64,000 bases of DNA from Amoebidium appalachense (taxonomy: Eukaryota; Protista; Ichthyosporea): assembly GCA_963693365.1 (NCBI GenBank), contig CAVNZM010000009.1, positions 6,850,171-6,914,170 of the forward strand, given 5' to 3'. The notes beneath the pieces are model-generated. The model saw nothing but the letters and a program-made list of their open reading frames with translations, made no database searches and was not told the DNA's origin. Both the position numbers and the translations under genes were made by a program. Positions 34,362 to 49,900 of the stretch are shown here, in pieces (the stretch's first letter is position 1; the number at the start of each line of letters is the position of its first letter).

Positions 34362-36624
34362 ATCACACCATCAACTTGCAGCTGTTTCGTTCCCCGTGAA
34401 CAACTCTCTATGCAACAGCACCCAGCCTCCGGGTAACCTTATATGGTCAGGGACCATCATATCGAGCACAGCCACCAATTGCCGCAATCGTTGCCGTGCC
34501 GCAGACGGGTGCAGATACTGGACCGTCAAGAGTGGGAGCAATATCTGTATGATCTTTTATAACTGTGAAAGGCTTACGGCTGGTACGGGCTACAGAACAA
34601 CTGAAATTCGTAATATCCCCCCCCCCCCCCCCCCTCTGCCTTCTCCCGGTCCCTTTCAAACCTCGTACAGAACACAGCCTGCTTGTTTAACTTATCATTT
34701 GAAGAGCAACGGATGATGTTATTAGGACATGCATTTGGCCGTTCAAACCCTGAAGGTGAGAATTGGGGCTGTTAGCCGATGCTGGCTAGCAGAAAACCCT
34801 GTCCAAGTCTAGTTGTTGGCCTTCACCTTGGCCATAAGTAGAAGAGAAATGTTTATTTGATTCACTGGAAATGTTTTTTTATTTTTTTATTTTTTTATTT
34901 TTTATTTTTTATTTTAAAAAAACAAAATTGTGTCTTAATTTTACTTACTGTATTTGGGTTTGACAGGTGCACAGTTAGGGCCGTTGTGGCGAATAAGAAA
35001 AACTTAACGAAAAAACTGCTTCGGCCTGGGGGTTGGGGTTGCGTACTATTACTTACTGACAACTCTTTCTTCCCCACCACACAGCTTTGGATGTGACCTA
35101 TGCACCAGGTAATTAATATTACGTGCCCCATGTTCTAAATCCTCCATTCCTTTTTTTTTTTTTGGGGGGGGGGGGTTATTTGTTTCGTGCGGAATAGGCT
35201 GTACACACTTGGTGTTCGCGGGAGTTAGAAATTTCGAGATTTCTGAAAAGCTAGTTACTCAAATTTTTTTTAAAGAACAAACTCCTTTAACGATTGCGTT
35301 GTTCTGCATTACCAGCCTTGCAGTTCCTGGCCACCCTTGCTATGTTGACATGATTGCACTCAGAACTATCAGCAACTTCTTAACAATCGTTATTTTGTGT
35401 TATAGGTTGCAGTGCAGGCTTCAATTTTGCTCGAATCTCCGTGTGCTTAGAGTTGCCTATCCCCTGCCTGTGGTGTTGGGTTAAACAGAAAATTGCTTCC
35501 CCAAACTCCCTTTTAGACCGATGGTGTCCCCATCCAAAACATGTTCCCGTAATTCCTGGACCATCTACTGCACCCAATCGTGTAGAATTAAAAAGCACAA
35601 GTTTGTATCGAAATTCGGCCTGGCCCCTTAAACAGGGCAGCTTTCAAAACAATGAGGCTAACACACTAGACACACCAAAGTGCCACACACGGTTTAAGCA
35701 TATGCGCTAACCTCACGTCAACGCACAGTTTTCTGGCCTGCACCAGACAACTATGTCTGTCTTGACAACTACATGGTCAACCTCGTTTCAGCCAGCACGC
35801 TGGCGGCCTGCCAAACCGCATGCAATAAAAGTGCCGACTGCAACTTCTACACTTATTTCCCGGATGATAGTGATTGTGGCCTGTATAAGACGTGCCCACA
35901 ACTTAAACGCACTGACCAGAATGCAACAACCTACGCTAAAAGTAAGTAGCAGCAGCAGAACCTCCCCCCCCTCCACCCCCCCGCCCGGGGAAGGGCCCTT
36001 CGAAGCTTCTCCCGTCCTTAACAAAATTCACACCCCATATCACATTCCATATTCCAGTGTCACCACCCACGGTTTGTCTTTTCCTACTCTAAACCTTCAA
36101 CATGACTAACCAGTGCTCCCCCGGTTTCTCGGGTTTGTCAGCCGACATTCATTCAACGGTCGATGGAGTATCGAGGCCGCATACTATTGCATTTACGAAT
36201 TCCATAATCCCATACAAGTAAGGGCACGTGTTGATACCACTTGAACAAACAGTCCTCTTACATGACCACATGTATGCCATAAGGCTTAGTAATAGTAGGT
36301 CAGTACATGGTTTTCATGCCTCTTACCATCAAATGGTTTAATCCAGGGGCCAGTCCGCCCAACACGCCATCTGGGTGTACATTGCCGCCAACTATTTCGA
36401 GTGCCTACAGCCAAAGAGGCGTTCAATTCACTTACTATCCATTCGGAGGTCCAAAGGTGCCCCCCTCCCTCTCTCTCTCTCTCCCTGTCTCTCTCTCTCT
36501 TTCTCCCCCCCCCCCCCCCCCCCCCCCCGCTTCCCCCCCTCCCCCCATTCCCACCACCGCAACAACCACACGTGGCGCGCAGGCATACACACACCCGCAC
36601 ACACGTCACACATACACACACACA

Positions 36625-36659
<35 letters not shown>

Positions 36660-38207
36660 GCACATTTCTACTGATATATACTTAGAATTACTGTACCACC
36701 AAGCCATGAATTTCAACATAGTACTGAAAAACAAGGAGCTGATGACAACAACCTTCTGCGATAACATAGGCATCTCATCAGCCTAATATTTTCTACTTTT
36801 GCTCTTGGTGCCTCTCTGTGAGACTGCTGACATTCATGATTTCATAAAAAAAATTTAACGTTACAGGTCAGATCTACTAACATCTAGAAAAACTGTTGTT
36901 AGAAGGATTCGATCATGAGAACAGCACTCGACCAATTCAATGTTTTCTGCTTTCATGATCTTGGTAACTGTTCCCCCAGCACAATGTCGTCTAACTTCTT
37001 GTTCATCCTTCCAGGGACAGTTCCCGGCCGGCTCCCAAGTTTCTTACTACTGGCCCCAGGTCCCAACCACCACCCTCGCCCTGAAGCGCATTGAGCCCAT
37101 ATTTCACTATACGCCAACAGCCCAAGTTTGCAACTCCGGGACAATGCCATTCTGCAACACGTATTACATGTTTGGCATCACTCCGCAAACGGTTCTGGAT
37201 TCAAGTCTGGGCCCTGTTTTTGACGCTTATGCAGTGAACAGCAACTACGACGCGTTTGGGCGGACTCTAACGGGCCAACCAAAAGGCCAGGTCACAAACA
37301 TGGAGATGTCGGCACGAGTGATGATTCCTTGCTCGGGCATCTACTCGTTCGGACTGCTCGGGTACGACGACTCCGTTCTGCTGTACGTCACGGTGGGCAA
37401 CCTCGCAATAACGTATATTTCCAAAACAAGCTTTTCCAGCGCTCTCGACCTAACTACTGGAGGAAACATGTCACTTATACAAGGCTACTTGCTTCCCATC
37501 AAGTTGATGGTTTCGAACGAAGGTGAGCTAATTATATATTAACAGTCCATACGACTGGGTTCCTTTCTTTCATATCAAAATTTATTCTGATGATGTTAGA
37601 TCAAATGTGTGGTACCCATGCAACCTTTTTGTTGAGGGAAGAAATGATTCCTCAGATCTACAGGTGCAACAATGACAACCTCTCTGCCAAAAATGGAACT
37701 AATCTAACACCTTTTGCTCCCCATTCAGGGGGACTTGGGCATGGCCGTCTTGTGTGGAGGCCTCCTGGCTACCTCGAGTACACAAAAATCCCCACGGAAT
37801 TCCTCATCCCGGGGGTTGGTCCCAACATCAACATTTTCCCATCCGCCATCAACACTGCACCAAGTGCCCCCAAACAGCAGGTCTGCTTCAACCTGACTGA
37901 CCCCCCGGGTGCCGACGTGACCCTATCCCTCTCAAATATTTTCGGTTATCTCATTGCCTTCGACACATGCACTCTCACGTTCACTCCATCTGATTGGTCG
38001 ACACCAAAATGTATCACCGCTGTCCGTCGACCTGGCAACGACACTTACTCCTTCATAATCCAGTTTCCTGTGGAGAGCAGCAGTGAAGACTCGGCCTACG
38101 ATGGGCTAAAAACGGCCATCCAGGGTTACACAGAATCGGGCACATATACTACATCCTACTGGCCCTCCTTTAGCTCGTGCACCGCTTGGGTCTCATTCCC
38201 CCCCCCC

Positions 38208-38238
<31 letters not shown>

Positions 38239-41200
38239 ACACGTCCCCCCTTCCCCCTGCCCCTGCCGGCTTCCTTCAAACACACACACACACACACCGC
38301 TACCTAGCTGCGCTGTAGCGGAGAATTATACTAAAAGCAGCCTGGCACGGCATAGCACTGAAGGGCTATTTGAATTATGCTTGGGTGTAATATGGTATTC
38401 CCTTATCCTTTTTGTGTTGTGGGCTTGGCCAGTTGAGAAATTTAGAGAAACGAGGATGGGGAAGTCTCGTTTGAAATGCGCCGTGGATTGTGCGAGGGAG
38501 TCCTTTTCGTGTCACAAGCTGTTGAGTAGTTTTTAAGCAGGTGAAGCACATCTCCCTATGTGTACTTGATGGTGTGAATGCACATATAAACCACATTGAA
38601 GGCATTCGTGCACAGGTCTCTGAATTGCGAAATGTGGATGTATGTGTGTGTGTGGTTTGTGTGTGTGTGTGTGTGTTGTGTGTTGTGTGTTTTTGTTTTG
38701 TGGGGGACTCCGAGGTTGGTTCCTTGAGTAAACCTACCATGAGACGCGGGAGCTCGCAAGTGCTAATTCACTTCTTTCTCTTCAGGGGACGTATCAAGTA
38801 GCTACATTTGATGGGCAAGCGTATGGTAAGTACTAGTAAGAGTGACTCTGTTCTCTTGATATATTTTTGATGCCGAGATTGGGTTATAAAGTAGGCACAG
38901 ATCCTGAATTCTGATGCCACCTTGTTATTATCTCAAGCCTTAGGAAATAACATAACTTCTAGCCTAAAAAGATCGGTCTGAGCTGCTTTCGGCTCAAATT
39001 TGAAACTGTACAGTTCCAGGACGTGCTGAGTAGCCACTTTTAGCTTTTCATCACTCCACTCCCCCTTTTTCCCGCACCGAAAATCTTGCAATTCAATCAT
39101 TTCTTCCCGAGTAACGTGGCTATCAAATACTCGCGCTTACACGTGTGTCAGGTCACTAACTATTTCACCCACAGACTACCAGGAATACGGCATGTACACA
39201 ATTGTTCGTGACTGTGCCGGCAATCTTGTTGTGCAAGCCAATCTTGCACACTGCTACACCGTGCCCGGCAGAGGTGAAGTAGCATGCAACCAGTACGTCT
39301 ACGTGAAAATCGGGTCAGTAGTGTATGTAGCTGCCAGCGATTACCGAAACGGGGCCGCCAGAGTGGTTCTCACACGTGCCAGCAACCAGACAAACCCCAG
39401 CGTTGCTGTATATGAGGTACCCCCCCCCCCCCTCCCCCCCTGTCCCCCTGCCCCCTACCCCTCCCTCTCCCCCCCTTACCCCTCCCCCCCCCCCCCCCCC
39501 CCCCCCCCCCCCACCCCCACCCCACCCCACCCCCCGGGGGTCAATCACATCATGTTACCATGACCACTGGTACGACCACTCCCACCAGCAACCTTTCCCA
39601 TCACGCTGCCTTTTCTTTCTTTTTAAGTCTTCAACGTCAAGGAAATTAAAGGTGCAAGGCTTTCAACTTTCAAATGTTAAAGATGTCATGGTATTTCTTG
39701 TAGGTTTCCGGGTCGGGTCAGACTCGAACAGTTCTCTGCGATTTGATTGGCGTTGCGCGCACCTGCTTGACCCGGGCCCCATAAATTTGGCCTACAAGAA
39801 ACCCCCTTTAATGTTTTCTCTTTCTCCAGTCTTCAACATCGCCCAACAGCGTAGACATAATTTTCGCGGAGGGAGTCATCAGAATTAAGAGCGTGCGGTG
39901 GGAACCAGCCAATGTGGCCTATCTGAACGTGAGAGTCATGCTGTCCGCTACATACGGTGGGAAGGTGACTGGGATGTGTGGAAACTACAACAAGAACATC
40001 ATAGATGACCAAACCAAGTCGATGCCACTGGTATATACCTCTCCTCCTCCTTGCCCCCCCCCCCCCCCCCCCCCCCCCCTCCCACCCCACCCCCTTCCCC
40101 CGGTCCTGCCGCGCCCCACCCCCTCCTCCCTCGGTGAGCCTTTCCTAGCTTTCTCTGAACTGCGAGCACCTGATTGGCTTCATTGAAACTGAACTGGTCC
40201 CAAAGCCGCCGAGCTTTTTTCATAAGCTTTTTTGGGTTTGACTTTCACGCTGCATATGGAGTCTTCTGAATGCTGTTTTTGGCAGTGTGGACATAATTTC
40301 GTCTAAAACCATTCGAACACAAATGCAAACTTTGACTCAGCTGTTCTCGAAGAAATCTTGCATGTGATCACTATATCAAATTTTAACCGTCTGTGAACCA
40401 TTGTCCAATTCACTGCAGGTACCATCCGGTCAGGAGCTCTGGCGGGGTTCAGCAGCTGCCATCACTCCACTTGCAGCCAGCTGTCCCGTAACACCCCTGA
40501 ACAATGATACATTGTCACGCCCAGGAGGGATAATTCCTGACATGTATTGCAGCAACACTGCCCCGTTTTCTTGGGACCAGCCTCGGACCCGCATCACACC
40601 CCCGTTGGTTCAGCCAAGCGCTCCTGCAACCCCATCTTCCTACCGTCAAATGATAAATAACACGTCCGTTGAGGGCAACCCTCGGTACACCACAGCACTG
40701 ACTCAGTGCCGAAACCTGACCACTGCCAATGGATCCACTTGTGTTTCGCCTGTGTTACCATTACCAGACATGTCGACTCCGATGACCATTCAGTGTACCT
40801 TCGATGTTGTGACCTTTGATCCCTCGAATATGCTTTTGACACCCAGCATTGTTGAGAAGAACGAGCTTATGGACTCCTGCCAGCTGCAAAGGGCAGCTGC
40901 AAATTGCAGGCCGGGACAGGTGTGGGATGGTATGTCATGCATAACAATAACCTATGGGTGTATAACCACCGGTTGTGCGAATAATGGCACATGTCAGGCG
41001 ACCGGCCAGTGCACATGCAAATCACCGTACACGGGCACATACTGCCAGATAGTGTCGCAGTTGACTGGTAACAGCCCCCTCCCCTCCCCCCCCCCACTTC
41101 TTCCCCCCCCCCCTCCCCCCCCCCCCCCCCCCAACTGTCCACCCTCTGGCAGCCGATCAATCCCCTCTATTCCTTAATCACCCTTTTCACCAAAGTTTAC

Positions 41201-41668
41201 AGCCCTCCTTTTCACTCTTTTTAGCAACAATCTGCCAGTTCGGCTATCAGTGATCGTAGGATTAGTGGCACCATTGTTTATCGAATAACTTTTTTTTAGC
41301 AACAATCTGCCAGTTCGGCTATAAGTGATCGTAAGCTTAGTGGCGCCATTGCATTTCGAATATTGCTTGTGAAGTTCAGCCACAGTAACCAGGCTGGGTT
41401 GAAATGGAATGCAACATGAGCAGCACACAGGGGCTGATGTAGTGTGAGGAGGATGAAGCCCCACTTGACTAGGTACTGCGTGTTTACAGAGTTTCCATGG
41501 CATGGAAACCAGTCAATATTAAATTTTTACGTCACCATGATTTATAATTCAATTAAAACACACTATGCTAAACAAATGTCTGAAACAACTCCACCTTCTC
41601 CACCCACCTACTGCCCTTATTCCGCACGCACACGCCTACATGTCCACACACACACCAACATGTACACA

Positions 41669-41747
<79 letters not shown>

Positions 41748-44700
41748 GGACCCTGCATTCAACACCCCACTCACCTGATGTACACAGATGCAGGGAGTCT
41801 TTGTCAGACGTCTGGCCCATGCCTTGAACAGGCAATCTGCAATACTCTATCTTCAGGGGCCAAGTGTTCTTGCAAAGCTGGGTTTACTGGAAACGGCATA
41901 TCGTCATGCACAGGTATGTATAAATTATATTCCTAGCCCGTCATTTCAAACCAGGGAAAGAAAACGTCGTGTACACCAAACGTCAACACACTCACGGGTT
42001 AGCTTTGGCAGGAATCAAAGACACTCACAGTATTAATTTCAGAATCTCACAAGTAGTACAGCACGCATCTACTAACAGTTGAATAATTTATGTTTACTCA
42101 GATATCAACGAGTGCGCGAGCGGAACACACGCGTGCAGCGCAAGGGCCAAGTGCACTAACACCTATGGCAGCTACACGTGTGCCTGCAACAGTGGATTCA
42201 CCCTCGTCGGCCAGGCTGCATGTACCGGTAAAGTTTCCAACCCTCCCCCCCCCCCCCCCCCCTCCTCCTTCCCCGGTTTACCACCAGCACCACCCCACAT
42301 CATACGCACTTGCACTGCCAGGCACGACCATATTAAGGCTGCATAGAGGACAGAAAATATCCCCCCCCCCCCCTTCCCCCCCCCCAAAAAAATAAAAAAA
42401 CCCTCATGCTCAAGAACTTATCTACGAAATCTTGTTAAGAAATAAAAATGAGTGAACAAAGAAAGGAACACCAAAGAAGAAAAGCCGGCGATCCCAAGGT
42501 TACCCAACCCATGTTTGTCGTGTGAGTAAAAGGTGCACACATTCCATTTGATGGGTGACGATTCTTAAACGCCGGGGGCAGGGGTGGGGTGAGGAGGCAG
42601 GGGGGGGGGGGGAGGGGGGCCGGGGGATTGGCTAGGGTGTTATGGCCTCCCGTGGTTTTAGATGTGTCATTGTACGATAGAGCCCCCGAGGTAAATAGCT
42701 CTGTAGCGCGATGCCATGCATCACCATTTTCTGTGCCAGTGACAATTATTATCTAGACCTGACACGCATGTTGGATTATCCTCTAATGCAGACACGGACG
42801 AGTGTGGAGGAAGCTCGTGTCCACTTGGTTCTTACTGTAAGAACAGCGACGGCAGCTTTCTATGTTCTGTCCTGCCAGGGTACCAGCAAATGTCCAGCAA
42901 TTCTTTTCAAGGTAAGACCTGGACCTAGCTTAACTAAACTTCAGTAAGTACACTACAGTAGGTACATACCGTTTCTTTGCATTATATTCGGTCCCTTCTT
43001 TTTCATACCACAAAGAATCAAAAAATACTATTAGTATTAGATGCGACGACGCACAAAGAGAGGCTGTTGCAGAATTGCACATGGCACACTTTGTACTATT
43101 CGCTGTATCAGATAATCCTAGTAGCACCCGTTCTGGGAGTTATTCATGAAATCAAGGTGGCAGCCTCAGTTCGAACGTTCAAAGACTAACGTCTTATTCT
43201 TTTCACAGATATTGACGAGTGCACACTGGGCACTGATACTTGCACCGCCAACGCAACGTGTACCAACACTCCTGGGAGTTACACATGCACCTGCGCGAAG
43301 GGTTACCTGGGTGACGGAATTACGTGCATTGGTATTTTCCTTTCCCCCCCCCCCCCCCCCCCCCCCCTCCCACCACCTCCTCCTCCCCCTCCTCCCACCA
43401 CCACCTCCCCCCCCCCCCCCCCTCCCCCTCCCCTCCCCTTTCCCCCTCCCCCCCCATCCTCCTTTCTTCTTCCCCATTCCCCCCTCCCCCCCCTCCCCCC
43501 CCCCCCCCCCCCCTCCTCAACCACAGGTCCCCAAATTCCCCCGTGGAAACCTTTAAGTGAAACAACAGTTAGCCAAAAACGGGAGAAGAGGTGGGCGGGC
43601 GTGAAGGGGGGGGAGGGGGGGGGGGGGGGATGATACAAATTAAATGTTACCATCCTGTGGACTTGTTTTTTTTTTTTTTCAGAGTATAATCAACCATCTA
43701 GCACGATAGATGTCTACCCAATCCATCCCCATGTTGCCTGATACAGTACCCAATGCACGCACCTGATTCCGGCCTTCTATTTTTTACCCCACAGCATGGC
43801 CAACCCTGGAGTCAGTTGGGCCAAAGGATTCGGCCTGCACTGGCACCCCCATCGCCTTTACCCCACTTTCCAACTGCTCTGTAAGCTGCAACCAACTCGG
43901 TGCACAGTGTGTGTATGTTGCAATGAGTGACAATGATTGTGCTATCTTCTCCGTATGTCAGTCACTTATAAAGACTTCTGGATATGACGTTTTCCACGAC
44001 ACTGCAGGTGGGTGAAAGAATCTGATTGGTACTGATTCAGATCACTTTATCTCCAAATCAAAGGGCCTCATTCTTGCCACTCTGTTTTAAATCGCTGGAG
44101 ATGTCAGGTTTTTAACCTCATCCCGCAACACTGAAGTAAATTTATCAGATTCTCTTTGTTGCTGGATTTGATCCTCGCTCCGTGCCTTGCACTAAAGCAA
44201 ACCAGTTTTGAGATTCCGTTAGAGAGTAAATTCGGCTAACGGTTCTATGTGCTCCTCTCACTGCGCAGCTCCAATCGACAACACCACTGAGCGTCCTGTG
44301 TGCATTGATACACCAATCGTCTCATTGGCCGCTGATAGTTTGGTGGCATGTTCCAAGCTCTGCAGCGAGTTTGGGCAGTGCCAGTCTGTCATGTTCGATA
44401 GCTCGGTGAGCCCTGGTGTATGCTCCCTGTATCCGACTCCGTGCAAGAAGTTTGGAACCTCGAAGGCGGGAGTATTTACCTTCCAGACAAGCAGTAAGTT
44501 TAATGTTGCGTAACAGCCACTCCTTCACTTGTGCATCGTTGCCAACACATTCTTTTTATTGTGTGGGCAATAAATCGAACGCCGCATACCACTATCTAGC
44601 ATAGTAGTCCGAACAAAGACACCTGTTCATGCCATCCGGTCATGTCACCTCGGTTTAGCCAAATAAAACGAGCACTATACACGGGTTTTCCAAACTAAAA

Positions 44701-45135
44701 GTGTAGATTTAAACATCTGGCATTATGTTACTTAAATACAGTTAGCAATTTAAATCTCTTACTTATTTCTTATATTTTTTCGTAAGCACCTTCGTTTTTT
44801 TCACATTCAATTGACCACCTCGCACATCTCTTTACAGCACAAGATGTCCCTTGCAGTACTGCGGGCACATGCGCCGCCAACATGAAGTATATCACAACTG
44901 AAGACAGCACATGTGACTGCCGCTGCAACAACGGATATCGATATGTTCCCAGCGCTGCAGACTACAAAACTGGTACATGCCAAGGTATGTTATGAATGTC
45001 ACTAATCTATTTTGTTCTGGTATGCTCCACAGGCATTCACTGAGCCAGGTGCACGGCTATACAGGGTAACACTGGTTAAAACGAGGCTGAGTGTGAGCGG
45101 GCTGTCGGCTGGAGGTGGAAAGGACGGGGGTGGAA

Positions 45136-45177
<42 letters not shown>

Positions 45178-46859
45178 TAATAATCATAAGATGTGATATG
45201 CGGTCAGGAGGTGTGCGCGTGTTTGACAGGCGGAGCAGGCGTGACCGAAAGTGGCAACAAATGCTAATATCACAGGCGTGAGGCATGTTGCCAATGGTCT
45301 AAATGGTTGTTTTTTTTTTTTTGGTCCTACAGAAATCGACCAGTGTGCAGAGGGCATACACACGTGTGGAGCCCAGGCGACTTGCAGCAAGACACCCGGC
45401 TCGTTCACATGCAACTGTGCCGCTGGGTTTGTTCTGGATCCGATACCAGTCAACAACACCTATGAATGTGGTAGGTGGAAGGGAACCCATCTTTTGTGTG
45501 GGTGTGGCCGGTGGGTGTTAGTGTGGGTGGGTGGGTGGGTGGGTGCATGTGGGTGGGTGAGTGGCAGGGAGTCACTAGGCACTGTGTGTGTGTGTGTGTG
45601 TGCCGTGTATGCCGTGTGTGTGTGTGTGTGTGTCTGTGTGTCTGTGTGTCTCTGTGTCTACGTAGACTGTATGCTAAAATCTTTTGAAGTGTTGGTGTTT
45701 CTCTGTTACCTTTAATGGTGGGTAAGTGAACTGATGTATCGATTCATACCGGCAGTTGTCGCTTGCTCTGCAAGTGTCAATCCTTGCCTGCCGGGTCAAG
45801 CAACGTGCAGCTTCAATGGGACTGCGCAGTCTTGCACTTGCCCAGAAGGGTTCACAGGGGACGGCATCAATTCGTGCACAGGTACTGTAACCAGATGCGT
45901 GATGTATGTTACTTACCTAGTATAATGTCTATTCCTGGCTTTGCATTCAAATTCACTGTTGAATGAAACATTGTTTAACTTAGATGCCAATTGTATTCGA
46001 AACGTAGTAGCCCCTTCGATCTTGGTGAATGTCTAACAACCATTTACTTTTCAACCATTATGATAATGCAGATCTGGACGAGTGTGCAAGCAATGTGCAT
46101 GCCTGCAGTGTCTTTGGCACGTGCACCAACACGATGGGCAACTACACGTGTGCCTGCAACACCGGATACACCCTTAATGGCCCCACGGCATGTGTTGGTA
46201 AGTACGGCCCAGTAGGCCCCTTTAACGGAATTGTTTATTAGTAGTACTTACTGCCTTTTGCTGTCTTTCGAAATGTGCAGAGAAACAAGTGCACATATAC
46301 ATGAAGTCTTATTAGGGAGTTGTCTTCCTGGCTACCTTGACTGTTAAGGACGGGATACTCATGGATATGTATACGTAATGGAAGAGAGATATGCTCCATA
46401 GTCTTAGCAGTTTCTATCAACGCATGGTTTGTGCTAATTGATTCATTCCGCCTACATCTAATCTTCGGCTTGCAGAAAATGACGAGTGCGCGCTGGGGAC
46501 ACACACCTGCAACGGCGATGCCTCGTGTACAAACAACCCCGGGAGCTTTATGTGTGAATGCTATGCTGGCTACCAGGGCGACGGCAGGGCCTGTGCTGGT
46601 ATGTCGCCCTTTTTTTTTCGCCTACCGTACATGCCTCCTTGACAGCCCAATCTCAATGGCATGCCCCTCCCATGCGCGAAGGTGCACCCTGCACATGTCG
46701 CCCTAGGCAGAGCCCAACCCCACGTTAGCATATTCAGTTCTAAACTTTCTGTTGCGAACTTCAAGGGCCCAGTTTGCACAAACAGATTAATCTCGACAAG
46801 CTGAGTTAGCAGCATTATGTGGCAAAAGCAGAAGTAGCTGATGAGAGAAAGAGAAAGAA

Positions 46860-46908
<49 letters not shown>

Positions 46909-49900
46909 GAGAGAGAGAGAGAGAGAGAGAGGAGAGGTGAGGGTGTGTGTGTATTTGGGGGGGGGGGGGGGGGGGGGGGGTGCAGATTGCTAGATGGTGA
47001 TTGAAGCGCCGTGACTTATTTTCAAACCAATCACAGATGCCAACGAGTGCGAACTTACCGAGAGTGTTCGTAACGGGACAGTTGACCCATCAACCATATC
47101 TGTGAGCTTTTTAGCAAACTGCAGTGTTGATGCAACGTGCAATAACACCGAAGGCAGCTATGAGTGTACATGCAACTTAGGGTTTGGGGGTGACGGCACT
47201 GTTTGTAAGGGTATGTATTCTTTAAGTTTAAGAATTCCTATGGCTCTTCTCATATTGTACTTAAATGCACGTGTACAATCCTCACTGGCACTTTTCAGTG
47301 TATTTCACATGATAATCTGAACATTTTTTCCCGACCCCCCCCCCCCCCCCCCCCCCCCCTTTCCCCCTCCCTTTTTTTTTCTTTTCCAGATTGTGTGCAA
47401 ATTGTTTATCCAAAAGCTTAAAGCAATTTGGACCCAACCAAAATTTGATGCAGTAGATGTCCGAGTTTTTGGCAAGTTTTATTGGAAAAATTAAGGGTTC
47501 CAGAGTAGTTTGGCAATGGTGGCATAGCAGTACCCGCTGCATGGCTCTTTAATGTTATTAAGTCTCTGTTAAGGCTCTGTTCTATCCTGTGTGGACTTGT
47601 GCACCAGAACTAACAGGTCATCTTCTGCAGACAACTCTGACGAATGTGCCGTGGGCCAACACACGTGCGACTCGAATGCGACGTGCACGGACAAGCCTGG
47701 AAAATTCGAATGCGCCTGCAACACTGGATATGCTGGTGACGGCTTCAAGTGCAACGGTAGATATCCCACCCTGAGTCCGGCCAGTCGAATCGTAATGCAG
47801 CAAGAAGTCCATGCTTCTCGACTGTTCATGATCATAGTTTGTATGGCACTGCGGCGGAAAAGGCTTTTAATTATGTGCAACCAAACTCCAACCGTTGGAT
47901 TGACATGCTTATTGATGTACTGACCACACTGGCATCGATGTGATGGTGACTGTAGGCTATAATATTGACGTCATCTAATGAAATGCTAACTCAGTTACCA
48001 TTATAACGGAACCTGACCTGCAGATGAGGACGAATGTGCTCTCAAGACACACACATGCCATGCCCAGGCCTCGTGTTCAAACACGGCGGGGAGCTATGAG
48101 TGTAAATGCAACATTGGGTACCAAGCGAGCGGGAATACGTGTACTGGTGAGTGGGCTTGCAATGGCACTGGCTGTTTATTTCGAGCAGCGTCTTTTATTC
48201 TCTCTCACCTGGCAATCTTTAAGAAACGTGAACACTGGGAATATTCCGAGTACACTAAAGATATATGTAGGCTAGTATGTGAATATTGCTCTGGCTTAGC
48301 AGCTGCAGTTATCATTGTGGTCAATGTGGGTGTTAGACTTTTGGTTTCTAATTTGCGCTCGTTTCCACCAGACTCAGACGAGTGCAACCTGGGGTTGCAT
48401 AACTGTCACCAGGGGGGGGCCTGTGCAATAACACCGATGGAAGCTTCCTTTGCAGCTGCAATGCTGGGTACCAGGGGAATGGAGTATCTTGTACAGGTAT
48501 GGCCATATATGTGACTCAACGCTTTTGCTTCATATTATGGGCCAAGCTGGCTCCCTGCCTTCGGCATGTTACAAAAAACGTTCTCCCTGATTCTCAAAAT
48601 CCACAAGGCTATCAAGAATGCAAAAGCAGAAGCATAGCACACATTTACATGGTCTGACTAACCAGTGACGCAGATGCCGCTTGAACTGCTGTATTAATGT
48701 ATGTAGCTAGCGCAGATATATTGTTCCAAGCAGCTGAGTGCATATTAATATGCTGACCACACATCGATGTCGGCCGTACCATTGACGTTATATAACGAAG
48801 CTATATCCTATCCGAACATTACCTGCAGATGAGGACGAATGTGTTCTCAAGACACACATTTGCCATGCCAAGGCCTCGTGTTCAAACACGGTGGGCAGCT
48901 ACGAGTGTAAATGCAACATTGGGTACCAAGGGAACGGCAACACGTGTACAGGTGGGTGCCCTTAGGCTGTTCAAAATTATTCAAGGCACGGTTTTTGTGT
49001 TTAAGGTTCACTCTCCAGGCATTTTAACCTAAAACAGCCGTGAACCTCGGGCCTTTTTCAACAGCGAAAGCACCGGTATGCACATAATAAAAATAAACAT
49101 AAACTGCATTATGATAGCTGTAGCAGATAATATTCTGGTTGACATTGTGGCAGCCGTGTAAAAGTTCTAACATGTGCTCGTCTCAACCCAACACCAGATT
49201 CAGACGAGTGTACTCTGCAGACGCACAGCTGCCACCAAAGCCAGGGTCTGTGCCAGAACACCGCTGGAAGCTTTCTGTGCAGCTGCAATGCTGGGTACCA
49301 GGGGAACGGAATATCTTGTGCAGGTATGGCCATATATGTGACTCGTTTTCTTCATTTCATGGGCCAAGTTTGCTCGCTTCCTTTAAGACGGCTCAAATCT
49401 CCTGAACTATCAAAGACCACGAGGCTATGAATGCAAAAGTTGCAGGTAGAAGAAAAGCACACCTTTACATGCTCTGACTCATCAATATTGCGGATACCGC
49501 ACTGACCGCCGTAGTAATAAATTTATCTAAAAGTAGATCACTCAGGCACTAATAAGATAGGTTTCAAGCAGATGGTTATTCAGTATTTCGTGCAGGGAGG
49601 GACAGAACAAGCAACCGAAGTTCGTTCACACCCGCACATGCTTGTACTAACCTTTTTATTCCCAACTTCAGATGTAAACGAATGCAGTGCCGGTTCTCAC
49701 AAGTGTAGCAACAAGTTGAACGCTACTTGTGTCAACACCGTAGGGAGTTATAGTTGCCAGTGCCCGGCTTGGCGCCAGGGTGATGGAATCACTGCTTGCA
49801 CAGGTCTCCCCCCCCCCCCCCCCCCCTCCCCGCTCCCTCCCTCAGTGATCTAAGTTAAGTTCTCGGCGGGTTTTAGAATCTGCACACAGGCTCTAGTGCC

